41,130 nt of DNA from Octopus bimaculoides (GCF_001194135.2 NC_068983.1:145167378-145208507), one strand, 5' to 3'; numbered from the stretch's first letter, positions 23,331 through 35,117 are shown. Notes: generated by a model from the letters alone, not told the origin. Translations and numbers: made by a program.

Positions 23331-26315
23331 GGATGTCTCACTTTTACATATTAAACACTTTCCTGGAAGCTGGTACGTCCATATTAATTTCTTGTAAGGA
23401 TTCCGCTTTTCGTTACGCAACATAATATACCACCAAGTATAGGTTTCTAAGTGAATACTACGTCCTACTTGTGATGGGAGTGTGATTCAGTCACTTTTTT
23501 AGATTATCTCTACAGATTTTCTATAGAAATTAGAGCCACCATTGATTTGTTACGACGTTTTGTATCCGAATACGTCTAATATAAACAATGCGATCGAAGA
23601 TGAAAAAATAGGTAAAGGGTGTGCATGCATATTTCAAGAGTTATTGCTCCTACTTCAACACCAAATATATAAGAAGGGCTGATTCACATGGCTATACACC
23701 TCACTACAAAACATGGCCAATGAGACATCAACGTAGTTGCCCTGCTTGTTAGATATAATAGAAAATTACACCCTAAAGACATAGAAAACGACTAACACTT
23801 TGGATAATATATTCCTAAATAAAGAGTCATAAAAAAGATTGGAAATCCATCGCTGGACGTAAACAAAAACAACAATTTCACCTTTAAAATGAGAACCCTA
23901 AACATAGTCGACTGGAGTATACTGCCCCTCACCAAAAAGAAAAGAAAGAAATATTCATGATGGTCATGGATGGAATGCCTTTGATTATAGGTCTATTTCA
24001 TGCTAAAGAATAACAGTAATGATATGGCCTCATGCCAATTAAAGATAGCAAGATAGCCATAAAGGCTATAGAATAATAAAAATGCTTAAAAACCAGATGG
24101 CGTACTTCCCAGTAAACGTATTCCAAGTTCAAATCATATGCAGGTTGACTTGGCAGATCAATGAATAGTCAGGATATACTTGTATTGTTAACAAACAATA
24201 TTAATTGCTCACAATCAATGTAAATCACAAGAACGATAGTGTGTCGACTTTCAATATTCCTTTCATGTTCTGTGTTTAAATCCTTTCAGAGTCAGCTTGG
24301 TCCAGTTTCCATAGAGGAAGTGCTGGTATTGCACAATGAGTTTATTCAATCACCTCCCAATAAATGTACAGGTTTATTTCTGTAAATCAAAAAGAAGCAT
24401 ACCGATATAGCAATCACCGAAGATGATTTTAATATACATTTGGACTAATTTTACCTTGTTCGACACATTCCGGCAATAATATATCTACCAAATTTCATTA
24501 CATTTTGTCTGTTAAAGACCTTTGGGTTTTCATAATTGATTTCTTGTTTAAACAAAGGAAACACTTAAAATATGTGGTAGTGGATTTTCGTCGCTCGACG
24601 ATGAGTATTCGGTTGTTTGATCTATTGAATTACACCCGAATTAACGTGTAAATGACTGAGTATTCCATTGACAGTGTACTCCTATGATAATTCGCAAGTA
24701 GAATTAATGTGACTGTGTGACAAGGTTGTATCTTTAGCATTACAGGTATAGTCCACCTGATGTATTTCTATGCAGTTTCCGCTTGCTCAATTTCACTTTT
24801 AAAAAAATGAAAGGATCCAAGGCTATAGAAAATGGCATTTGCCCAAGATGTCACGCAATGGGTTAGAACTTGGGATTATATAGTTTTTAAATGAACTCCT
24901 TGAACAGTCGGTCTTACTGTGTCTTACTGTGCCTACACTTTAAATATACAACACAAAATAAAAAATCTAATGTGAGATTGTTTGAGAGTATTATATTCCC
25001 TCCTATTAAACATTCAGAACCTTTTTTTTATTCTCACCTAATCGAAAGAAGTTAGTTATTTGAGATGACGAGTAATCTAAAAAATGAAATAACTTCTATC
25101 TTAATCTAAGCCTCCATGAAAGAGATGATTTAGCCCAATAATGCATATTCATGCAATAAGTGATATTGCTTCCTTGTAATTAAAACAATCTTGTTTTTAA
25201 TTACGGGTTATATTACCGTTGCAATTACGCAATGATTTTATTGGTTTCCTTCTTGAAACTAATGCATTAAAAAATGTAATTCATGTAATATACAAACAGA
25301 TTACTTAATCTTGTGTTATAGTCTTCATTTCATAAATATAGGATTACATTATCAATAACTTGAACCTGTAATTCGTTGAAATGTTCAGAAATTTGCTTTC
25401 CTAGATAAATAATTGTCTTCATTCAGACTACGCTTTATTCTAGCCTGAGTTTTTTTGTTTTTTTTCTTTTTTGCTTAACAACATTTGATTACATGAGCTC
25501 TGTAAGAGAATATGTCTTCGTTTTGAATAGTTTACAAATTGGTCTTCTGTGTCATGTCACAGCTTCGTTCATTCTAGTGTCAACAAAAAATTTGATAGTG
25601 ATTGTAACAATGCTGAACTTTCACAATACAATGGAATACCCGTCCCTGACAACATTCTTTCAAGAGTGTACATGGAGATGTCAGACGGTGACACGGGAGA
25701 GAAACAGTTTGAATAGAGTTCTTAAACATATTTCTTATTGTATATTTAAGTGAAATACTCTTCACGCAAGTAGATTAGTCATGGAATCGAGTAGGCTCTT
25801 TAGGCGGTAAATATATTTGAAGGTGTTCGGCAACATGACTTACGGATTATAAACTTGATTGATCAGTGAGAGATATTGGGAAAATAGTCTATTGAAGACA
25901 AGTGAATGGAATACTTATTGTGAAACACACGCACAAGCTCATACACACACGTACATGCATACATATGTATACATGCATATATATATACACACACATACAA
26001 TATATTCATATACATACATTTGTTTATACTAACATATATAAATAAATATATATGTACATAGATACATATGTATATGTATCATATATATATACATAGATAC
26101 ATAACATATACATACATACATACTTTCACACAAACGCACTTTATATAGGGAGAAGGAGAGAGAAAGTAAGAGAGAGAGAGATACACGGTTATTTGTGTAT
26201 GTTTTCAAGAGACAAAATAATTGCTATTATAATAATGCCGCTTCGAAAAAACCAAAGAGAGAAATAACATTCACTGTTACATTCGTATTAAATTACAAGC
26301 AATAATTCTCCACAG

Positions 26316-26377
26316 AAAAACGGAAATGAAAAGATCATGAACTTCAGTGTACTTCTAAGAGCGGATTACCATGAGAG
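26316..26377 (+). CDS. candidate 62-nt internal exon (KNGNEKIMNFSVLLRADYHE, phase 0 to 2), product unknown
   Basis: Acceptor aataattctccacAG, consensus donor GAG|GTAAGT, one open frame, located in non-repetitive sequence. No homology recognised. Confidence 0.35.
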
Positions 26378-26781
26378 GTAAGTTCTTACTTAAATTTCAA
26401 TGTAATTCGCATTTAGCAAAGTCAGCCGTGAATGCTTCTATTGTTGAATCGAAAAACGTTCTTCTTTCTCTAAACACTACTTCTAAAAAGCTTTGTTGTT
26501 TTAGTCACAGACTTTTCTTATCATTCGTAGTTTTCCTTTATCCAACAAATCACGCGTCCTATATACTTCAGCATACATAGAAACATATATGTAAACATAA
26601 TCAATTATATAAGGGTTTTGGCTAATACCACTCCCAAGTGAACGGTTTGAATCGTGTAATTGGCAGTTGGGTTGTGTATGTGCTTAAGCTGCAATATGCT
26701 ATCAGTACAAAGTCAACGGGGTCAACAAAACCAACACTATAAAGCGCTAATTTCAATTCTTTCACTGAAATATGAACTGGC

Positions 26782-27045
26782 CAGGCGTGGCTGTGTGTTA
26801 AGAAGTTTATTATCTAACCACATGGTTCCGAGTTCAATCTCACCAATTGGCACCTCGGATAAGTGTCTTCCTCTATAGCTCTGGGCCAACCAAATCCTGA
26901 TGTGTGAATTTGGTAGGCGGAAACTTAAAGAAGCCCTTTGTAGATAGATGTGTGTGTGTATGTGTGTGTGTGCGTATGTGTGCGCGCGTGTGTATGTGTG
27001 TGTACCTTTGTGTTTTCCCATCACCACCTCTTGACAACCGGAACT
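26782..27045 (+). mobile_element. SINE family A 5' two-thirds
   Basis: caggcgtggctgtgtgttaagaagttt...gagttcaatctcacc...aagtgtcttcctctatagc...aaagaagccc, then (TG)n. Confidence 0.8.
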
Positions 27046-27671
27046 AATAGCAGAATATTTTTATTCTGAAGAATTTTTTTTTTTTTTTTGCTTCTTTTTC
27101 GTCTTCTCGCCGTTTCTTACAACTTTTGTCGACGCACTGCATCAGCACCAGTTTAGTTCAGGTATGTGCGCGCGTATGCAATTGCTTGTGTGAGTGTGTA
27201 TATCTGTCTGTCAGTCTATGTGTGTATGTCTTCTTTTTTTTATTATTATTCTTTCTAGACGACATGTCGGAGGAATCAGAAAATGAGAGGGGAGGAGTAT
27301 TGGGGTCGATTTATGTGTGTTAATGTTGATGTTGTTGCTGTTGTTAGTGCTGGTAGGTGGTTGTTGAGATGTGATGTATAGATTGTTGGGGATGACGGGT
27401 TAGTCNNNNNNNNNNNNNNNNNNNNNNNNNNNNNNNNNNNNNNNNNNNNNNNNNNNNNNNNNNNNNNNNNNNNNNNNNNNNNNNNNNNNNNNNNNNNNNN
27501 NNNNNNNNNNNNNNNNNNNNNNNNNNNNNNNNNNNNNNNNNNNNNNNNNNNNNNNNNNNNNNNNNNNNNNNNNNNNNNNNNNNNNNNNNNNNNNNNNNNN
27601 NNNNNNNNNNNNNNNNNNNNNNNNNNNNNNNNNNNNNNNNNNNNNNNNNNNNNNNNNNNNNNNNNNNNNNN

Positions 27672-27911
27672 GGACTCGTGGTCATAGGATCGCGGTTTCG
27701 ATTCCCAGACGGGGCGTTGTGAGTGTTTATTGAGCGAAAACACCTAAAGCTCAACGAGGCTCCGGCAGGGGATAGTGGTGAACCCTGCTGTACTCTTTCA
27801 CCACAACTTTCTCTCATTCTTACTTCCTGTTTCTGTTGTGCTTGTAATTCAAAGGGTCAGCCTTGTCACACTGTGTCACGCTGAATATCCCCAAGAACTA
27901 CGTTAAGGGTA
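27672..27911 (+). mobile_element. SINE family C, cut by an N gap at the 5' side and by the Tc1 element at the 3' side
   Basis: Near-identical to the family C body up to ctacgttaagggTA. Confidence 0.9.
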
Positions 27912-28840
27912 CAAAAAAAACGCGAGACGTGTGTGACTGAAATATGTTCTAATTTCATTTCGTCAAGGATAAATTTGATAATCTAATAAAAGTCAATTTC
28001 TTTGATGTACTTTGACTACAGTATAGGTCGTTGTCATATATTCTGGTAGTGGGCAGATCCAGCATATCAAGATTGTAGGGTGTGACATGTTCAATACCGT
28101 GTATGCCGTCCATGGGTGTTCAAAACAGCCATACACCGTCGGTATATGGAGTACATGAGGCGGTTCACAAAAGCCATTGGCACCTGTGCCCACACCCTGA
28201 GGAAAGCTGCCTCCAGTTCCACACGAGTTGTTGGCCTTGGGACCACCTGGTTCGGCTGTCTCTGGATTTCATACCACAGTTGTTCAATTGGGTTCAAATC
28301 CGAGCTGAGAACGGCCACGGCATGGTTCTGATGTTGTGCTTACGCAGGAAGTCCATGGTAACCATGGCCGTGTGAGAGGGAGCATTGTCCTGCTGGAACA
28401 CGGCTATGGTGACGCACGAAGAAGAACACGATGTGAGGTCTTAGGATCTGGTCCACATAGCGCTGCACTGTGAGTTCATTCCCACTGCCTGCAACAACAT
28501 TTTGGAACACATGGGGCCCAATTCTCTGATTCAGGCCTATAGCACACCAAACCACGATGTTTTGGCCACCCACGCATCTCTCTCCATGGCACATGCGTCT
28601 CTGTAGCGTTCACCCTTCCTACGCCACACCCTCACTCTGCCATCCGAGGTGGAAAGGCTGTACGGGCTCTCGTCAGAGAAGGCTATCGACTTCCATTGTT
28701 GATGCCGCCAATGTCGGTGATCTGTAGTCCTCGAGCAAGACGACAGCAACGCAGGTTGTTGGCGGACAGTCAACGTCATACCGTGTCGTCGCTGACTGGT
28801 CGCTGTCCAGTGCCAATGGTCTCGCGAGTTGTCATGCAGA
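27912..28840 (-). mobile_element. Tc1-family (DD34E) transposase pseudogene with probable right terminus
   Basis: WKSIAFSDESPYSLSTSDGRVRVWRRKGERY...IVVWCAIG...QRYVDQILRPH...FQQDNAPSHTA...MPWP..SSDLNPIEQLWYEIQR...HTRY*. 34 residues lie between the QDN aspartate and the NPIE glutamate after correcting one frameshift. Starts after TA at 27910-27911. Confidence 0.92.
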
Positions 28841-29130
28841 TATGTTTCTTTATTGGCCACACAGGGCTGAACACAGAGGGAACAAAATACAAAGTAGAGC
28901 TTTTCTTTTTGGGAAGAGAAGGAAAAGAAAAAAGGAAAGTGGGGTAGAAATTCGATTAAAAAGGATCGTAAATACAAAGCCGATCAATAAGGATCGTGTA
29001 TCACAGAAATGTCATAGTGTAAAAAGGGGAAACAGATTAGGTTTATCTGTGGAAAGAAAAGCCTACGGAAAAGACCACGGTAACCTCGGGCAATAAGGTC
29101 ATTCAAAAAAAACGAATTACAGTGACTCTC
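28841..29130 (-). mobile_element. 3' UTR fragment of the Tx1-like family
   Basis: tttctttattggccacacagggctgaacacagagggaacaaaatacaaagtagagcttttc aligns to 22140-22205. Confidence 0.8.
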
Positions 29131-29169
29131 TTTTTTCCTTTTTTTTTTGGCGGGGGGGGTTATAAGATT

Positions 29170-29340
29170 CTGCTCAAGGTGGCTTCGTCAATCACACGTG
29201 CCATCCTTGCTACATTCACCCATCTTTGATCTGCCCGAAGCTAGAATAGAAGACACTTGTCTAAGTTACCGCACATTGGGACTGAACCCAAAACCACGTA
29301 GTTGCGAAGCGAGTTTCTTAACCACACAGTCATGCCTGCA
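29170..29340 (-). mobile_element. SINE family A 5' part
   Basis: gctagaatagaagacacttgtctaagttaccgcacattgggactgaacccaaaaccacgtagttgcgaagcgagtttcttaaccacacagtcatgcctgc is the reverse complement of the family A head. Confidence 0.8.
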
Positions 29341-29372
29341 TCTATATGTGAACTAAATTACAATTTTTTCAG

Positions 29373-29484
29373 TTCTTGTTTTCCACATTTTGACGAGACA
29401 AAAAGTTTGGGAAACAGTGAGTTAGAGGAAAGAAATATCAGTTTATTAAGAGATCAAATCAATGAAGAGGAACTAAACATTTAG
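29373..29484 (+). CDS. candidate terminal exon (SCFPHFDETKSLGNSELEERNISLLRDQINEEELNI*), product unknown
   Basis: Acceptor caattttttcAG, phase 2 (compatible with 26316-26377), hydrophilic protein-like composition, ends in TAG. No homology recognised. Confidence 0.25.
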
Positions 29485-29711
29485 TTCAATTCAACCTGAA
29501 ATATTTTTAACTTCAGCATTTATTGGCTTCTCCAGTTACACCTAGCATTGCAGTGTTTTATCAATATATAATATTCAATTTCCATTGCTCTTTGATCCAG
29601 ATGCAATTAATAATTTTCACTTTTTATGAAAAGTTTATGCAGCATATAATAATTTCTATAAAAGCCTTCTATAGTGGATATCAAATTAAAATGTTGCATA
29701 CTTATATGCAT

Positions 29712-29736
29712 ATGTGTGTGTGCATATGTGTGTGTG

Positions 29737-29811
<75 letters not shown>

Positions 29812-29835
29812 ATACATGCGTGTGTGTGTGTGTGT
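29712..29835. repeat. long (TG)n microsatellite
   Basis: Direct reading. Confidence 0.95.
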
Positions 29836-30655
29836 AATTTATTCTGTAGAAATTAATAAAACAAACAATGATTCAGTTTTGAACGACTTCGAAGAAAAAA
29901 GATAAATTGTGACAATACAATTATATCTGTTCGATTTCATCACAATAAACAGATGCCATTTTTATTTTTATGTTTACAATTGTTTTGCTTTCCTTTATTT
30001 TCACTCTTTAAACTGAGGAACAAGACAAACTGAAATACAAAACAAAAAATATATTTCATGTGAAAATATATATTAAGTACGTTTAACAGCTTTTTTTCTT
30101 TTTACTATTTTTGTAAATATTCTTATTTTGCCATTTCTAAATTTCCTAAATTCTCCACAAGACATTTAACGGAATATATGTATCCAATTACATTACACTA
30201 CTGTGATTAAATATCTCTAAATTTCTAACTCAACTTTTATTTTAGACACAGATGAAACATTTTAAATAAACATGAGAAAGTAGATGAAAAAATTACTTTT
30301 GTAAAATCATTGACATAAAATTCATTCCATTGAAAATTTTCGAACCTGTCAAATTTTCGTTATAGTATCACGTTCTAGAAACATCTTAAATATTGTTAAA
30401 TCAGATCAAATAATCCAAGTAGACGTCATCTAATTTAAGAAAAGAAAGTTATTGATTTTATTTAAATGTTTATTAATTTATTTATTACTAGTATTAGTAC
30501 TCGTCTCTGATAATGAACTAGTTCTCCATCTGACAGCTAAAGTATGTTGGCTGCACTTTTCTTTTCGAAGCAGAATAATTTTAAATAAAATTTGAATTTC
30601 AAAGGATATGTCATATGTGTTTTATTTCACATAAGAAAAGCAATAAAACTGAAAG

Positions 30656-30935
30656 AGTTTAATTTCACTATAGCAATATCACCAATGCAGATATTTTCAT
30701 TCACTTTTTGCTGGAATATTAACCATTAAGAAAGTGTCTCCATCAATAGTTTAATTTCACTGTAGCAATGTTACCTTTCTTCTAGATATTTATTTTCAAA
30801 TCTCGTTGGAATATTGGTTCTTAACAAAACGATTCATACATAGTTTAATTTCATTGTTGCAATGTCTTTCTTACAGATATTTTCTCGCAAACGTTTTGCT
30901 AGGACATTCAACGTGAGGACTATATCTTCATCAGT
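30656..30935. repeat. diverged three-unit tandem repeat, period 92-94 bp
   Basis: Units start agtttaatttca(c/t)t(a/g)..gcaat at 30656, 30748 and 30842, each followed by agatattt and (c/t)tggaatatt-like blocks. Confidence 0.75.
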
Positions 30936-30939
30936 AGTG

Positions 30940-31300
30940 TTTTCTAACAGACAGAGATCCAGACATTAGAAGGAAAGCAATATAGTCGCCATGCTCAACT
31001 CAAGCTCTACTTGACTGATATTTCTATTGATCTATGAATGATTTCAGCTCAGAAGAAAAGGGACTAACTAAGCGTTGAAAGACGTTTTGTCAACGCTCTG
31101 CCAATTCTGCCCTATATCAATCAACTGCCCTAAATAAGAGTTTCTTATATAGACATGAAATTACAATACTTAATCGCTACTCAATTTATCGATCACCAGA
31201 ATGATTAAAGGCAAAGACGACTCCGATAATATTTGAATTCAAAATGTAACGGGAGCTAACTAAATGCGAGAATGCATAGTGTACATTGCTCTGCCACATC
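30940..31300 (-). mobile_element. two very old SINE family B remnants
   Basis: ctactcaatttatcgatcaccagaatgattaaaggcaaagacgactccgataatatttgaattcaaaa resembles the reverse complement of the family B core. Confidence 0.55.
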
Positions 31301-31729
31301 TACCGAGTAATTGATAATGTTCTATAATGTTGTATGCATCGCCCCACTGCAGTAGATCTACTGCAGTCACGACCCAATATTAATTCTAGTTAAAGAAAAT
31401 TTGCTTCATTAAATTTAAATGAAGTAAATGAAGTATGCAAATGAAAATATTTTTCTTCTTCCTGCTATGAAATATGTCGGTCTTTGAGAATATTGGATAA
31501 AAATTATTTTAGAAGTATCACTCGTGACCTTATCCTTCTTTATATACGATAAGGTATATAGTTTAAGGAAGACTTGGTGGTTATTTCTAGCAGATCCAGC
31601 TATCATGTAGGGGACTTCTTGTCGACTCAGCAATGAGATGAAGACAGCAGTAATGGACGCTGTAAATCAAATGATAAACCGAGTCTGCAAGACGATTTCG
31701 ATACAGGTAGCTCGAGAGAAAGACAAAGA

Positions 31730-31780
31730 GAGAGAGAGAGAGAGAGAAACAGACAGACAGACAGACAGGCAGACAGACAA

Positions 31781-31835
<55 letters not shown>
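31730..31835. repeat. compound (GA)n(GACA)n(GATA)n microsatellite
   Basis: Direct reading. Confidence 0.95.
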
Positions 31836-32557
31836 TGGAAACAACTGACTGAAAAATACGAAGAAATCAAAGATTGAAGTCTTCTCATAAACCATGGAAA
31901 CTAGACTCATCACAGATTCGGGTCGTTTAAAATCCAAAGACTATATTCCATGGTAATACTTCTCTGATTAGACTTGTGATATGGTAAATGTCACTGAAGT
32001 AATGGACACACAAAAGACTAAATGTGAAGGGCAGCGACGTACAAGTAAGACAGTGTTTTTTGTTGTTGTTGTTGTTGTCGTTATTGCAGTTTTTAGCAAT
32101 AGGCTCTGATCTGAAGAAAGTTTCTGTGTTCATGACCTTTTAAAACAGTTGAGATCGATTTTAGTTAATATTCCGCCAAGTTGTCGAAAAAACATGGGCT
32201 AGGGAAGAATTTCAGACGAGTAACGTCCTGATGAGAAAGGTCTAATACAGAGACCAGTGTAATCCTAGTAGTGGAAGAAACACATTTTGTGTGAGGAAAA
32301 AAGAAGAGACGAGCGATAGCACATGGTCCAAAAGTTGGATGCGTTGTTGAGAGACTTCATACCAGTAAGTCAGATGCAGCAGCACTCTTTCCAGAAACTT
32401 TCTTAGCAGTGGAATTCCACTGGTGAGTGACATGTAAACGCAGGTCCTTACAAGATTTGAATTAATGGAGAACCTACTGATAGTTAATGAAAAAGAGGCT
32501 TTTAAATTGATGATGAAATGGTTTGTTTAGATCCATCAACTCTGAAGCATTAAAAGT

Positions 32558-32758
32558 GTGAGCCAAAGAGGAAGTGATCACAGGCGTGTCCTTTATGAGA
32601 ATGGCACATACTGTAGTATATTTCCAAAGGTAATGATAGACCCTTTGAGAGACAGCAGACAGATTGAAGAATTTAGCAAGAATAGAAAATATTTCCTGAG
32701 TATGTTCTTTGAAGATTTGGAAAGAATATTGTTAAGAGCAGTGGCCTTGTTGATTTGA
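32558..32758 (+). pseudogene. possible highly decayed RTE-type LINE RT fragment
   Basis: RQIEEFSKNRKYFLSMFFEDLERIL weakly resembles the RTE RT motif RQLQEK...LYMAFVDLEKAF; the surrounding + strand is purine-rich. Similarity judged by eye only. Confidence 0.3.
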
Positions 32759-33366
32759 AGTGACCAGAACTACCGTTACTTAGCTTGCATGCGTATCTGG
32801 TAATAAACGTTATAGACGGGGAGATTTTCAAATTATTTATCTAGAGTATACAGTGCTGTGTTGGAGATTTCTTCTTTCTACGAGTCTACTGCTTAGAGGA
32901 CTATCATACTCCGCCTCCATATTGTACATGATGGCTGCCATCAGCCATGTTTCTTTTATCTCTGACGGCACTTTGCACACTCTTACTTTGGCAACATGCT
33001 TGCTACAGTAGGACGGCAAAAGCACCCATTCCTCTGTCCCTATCGCTTCCGTAGAGTGCTTAATACATACACTACACTGATTGTCACTGACAGTGCGCAT
33101 ACGCCTTTATACGGTTTAGGACAGTTGACTTGCTATCCCACAGGGGGGGTCAGGATTTCACCACAACATGCACTGAGTTTAAAACCCCTTAGAATAAAAA
33201 CGCTAATGGCTTATTCTGTTATATACTTTTGAATAACTGCATAATTGTTGCTTTTGTTGACGTTTCTTGAAGTTCCGACTGAACAGATCCAGCATCAAAA
33301 CTTTTCTAGCAGAGACCATCTATTGCATTATATTCAATGAATTAAGTTTTGTCTATTGTATAATGT

Positions 33367-33726
33367 GTGGAGGCACAATGGCCCAGGGGTTAGGATCGCG
33401 GTTTCGAATCCCAGACCGGGCGTCTTGAGTGTTTATTGAGCGAAAACACCTAAAGCTCCACGAGGCACCGGCGGGGGATGGTGGTGAACCTTGCTGTACT
33501 CTTTCACCACAACTTTCCCTCACTCTTACTTCCTGTTTCTGTTGTGCCTGTAATTCAAAGGGTCAGCCTTGTCACACTGTGTCACGCTGAATATCCCCGA
33601 GAACTACGTTAAGGGTACACGTGTCTGTGGAGTGCTCAGCCACTTGCACGTTAATTTCACGAGCAGGCTGTTCCGTTGATCGGATCAACTGGAACCCTCG
33701 ACGTCGTAAGCGACGGAGTGCCAACA
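33367..33726 (+). mobile_element. SINE family C, full length, 12-bp TSD attgtataatgt
   Basis: TSD at 33355-33366 and 33727-33738; body near-identical to 18833. Confidence 0.93.
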
Positions 33727-33801
33727 ATTGTATAATGTATCAAGGATCACATTTTAACAAGCTAAAGTGCGATCTGAAGGAGAATGTAACTNNNNNNNNN
33801 N

Positions 33802-34078
33802 TTCCCTCACTCTTACTTCCTGTTTCTGTTGTGCCTGTAATTCAAAGGGTCAGCCTTGTCACACTGTGTCACGCTGAATATCCCCGAGAACTACGTTAAG
33901 GGTACACGTGTCTGTGGAGTGCTCAGCCACTTGCACGTTAATTTCACGAGCAGGCTGTTCCGTTGATCGGATCAACTGGAACCCTCGACGTCGTAAGCGA
34001 CGGAGTGCCAACAATTGTATAATGTATCAAGGATCACATTTTAACAAGCTAAAGTGCGATCTGAAGGAGAATGTAACT
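33802..34078 (+). other. 277-bp exact duplicate of 33515-33791 across a 10-N gap; probable assembly overlap artefact
   Basis: Identical sequence on both sides of the 10-N spacer, including unique flank beyond the SINE tail. Confidence 0.85.
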
Positions 34079-34301
34079 GATGTTTCTGGCAAGTCAAGCA
34101 ACCGTATACCCACTACTCCTTATCTCGCTTTTGATTATAGTTTCCCTAACATTTAATTCCTACGTTTTTTTACGCTTCCTTTAAGTTTAGATACTGTACT
34201 TCCAATTTGTTTAAATGTCAAATATTTATTATACGAGAAAAACAAATTAATATAATTTTATTTCTTCGTTATTTTAAGAAGTACCATGATTAATTTGCAT
34301 A

Positions 34302-34973
34302 CAGACTGTCCTCATTTAACGACCTACCTATTTAACGACCACTCGGAGTTACGACGAACCTTACGAGCCGTCATACTTTACAAAATAGAACTTGAGGCAA
34401 TGGATCCAAATTTTGAGCGATTTTCCAAGGTGAAAAGGCAGACAACTGAACTTTTCCGATGTTATCGAGAAATTTATGACGAAAAAAAAAGATAACAAAG
34501 CAAACAACACTGAAGGGATTTTTCATGCATTTTGATGTCAAGAATGAGTTGTTTTTGTAATCTGTATCCAAAGTAAAACAAATTTATTATGTTTGAGTTT
34601 CCTTTAAACCTTTTCACCTTTTCTATATAACCCTGAGAAAAGTTTATTAGGCATCTTATGTACTGGGCCTGGAATCACAAACATACTTACGATGTCTTAG
34701 CTACAATAATACAGTATCCATATCCTAACTTTTAAGGTTTTCCTTGTGATAATCTTACAGTTACTTATTCATTTTTCAACAATTTATGTTAGTGATTCTT
34801 GGCCCTGTACTGCATATACTTTATACAGTACGGTATTCTGTTTTTATATGCACGTACAGTACACTATCCCTATAAAAAAAAAATACGTACCCTATGAATA
34901 TTCGTTTAACGACGAATTTGATTAACGTCGGGGCTGTTGGAACGTAACTCGGTCATTAAATGAGGAAAGTCTG
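34302..34973 (+). mobile_element. Tigger/pogo-type non-autonomous DNA transposon, 672 bp, with TIRs and TA TSD
   Basis: TA-CAGACTGTCCTCATTTAACGACC ... GGTCATTAAATGAGGAAAGTCTG-TA. Internal MDPNFERFSKVKRQTTELFRCYREIYDEKKR...KQTTL..FF is the characteristic Tigger transposase C-terminus. Confidence 0.9.
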
Positions 34974-35014
34974 TATTTAAAAATAATCTGCATACAACTA
35001 GATAGATAGACAAT

Positions 35015-35064
35015 TATGTTTCTTTATTAGCCACACAGGGCTGAACACAAAGGGGGAAAGACAA

Positions 35065-35065
<1 letters not shown>
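35015..35065 (-). mobile_element. about 50-bp 3' tip of the Tx1-like family embedded in (GATA)n
   Basis: tatgtttctttattagccacacagggctgaacacaaagggg with GATA repeats on both sides. Confidence 0.8.

Positions 35066-35117
<52 letters not shown>

Noticed and set aside
32228-32245. CTGATGAG...GAAA motif
   Set aside because: No stem II between the motifs and no flanking helices.
33515-34078. Apparent tandem duplication of SINE plus flank
   Set aside because: Exact identity across a 10-N gap indicates unmerged contig overlap. A similar gcgtt overlap flanks the 10-N gap at 12226-12235.
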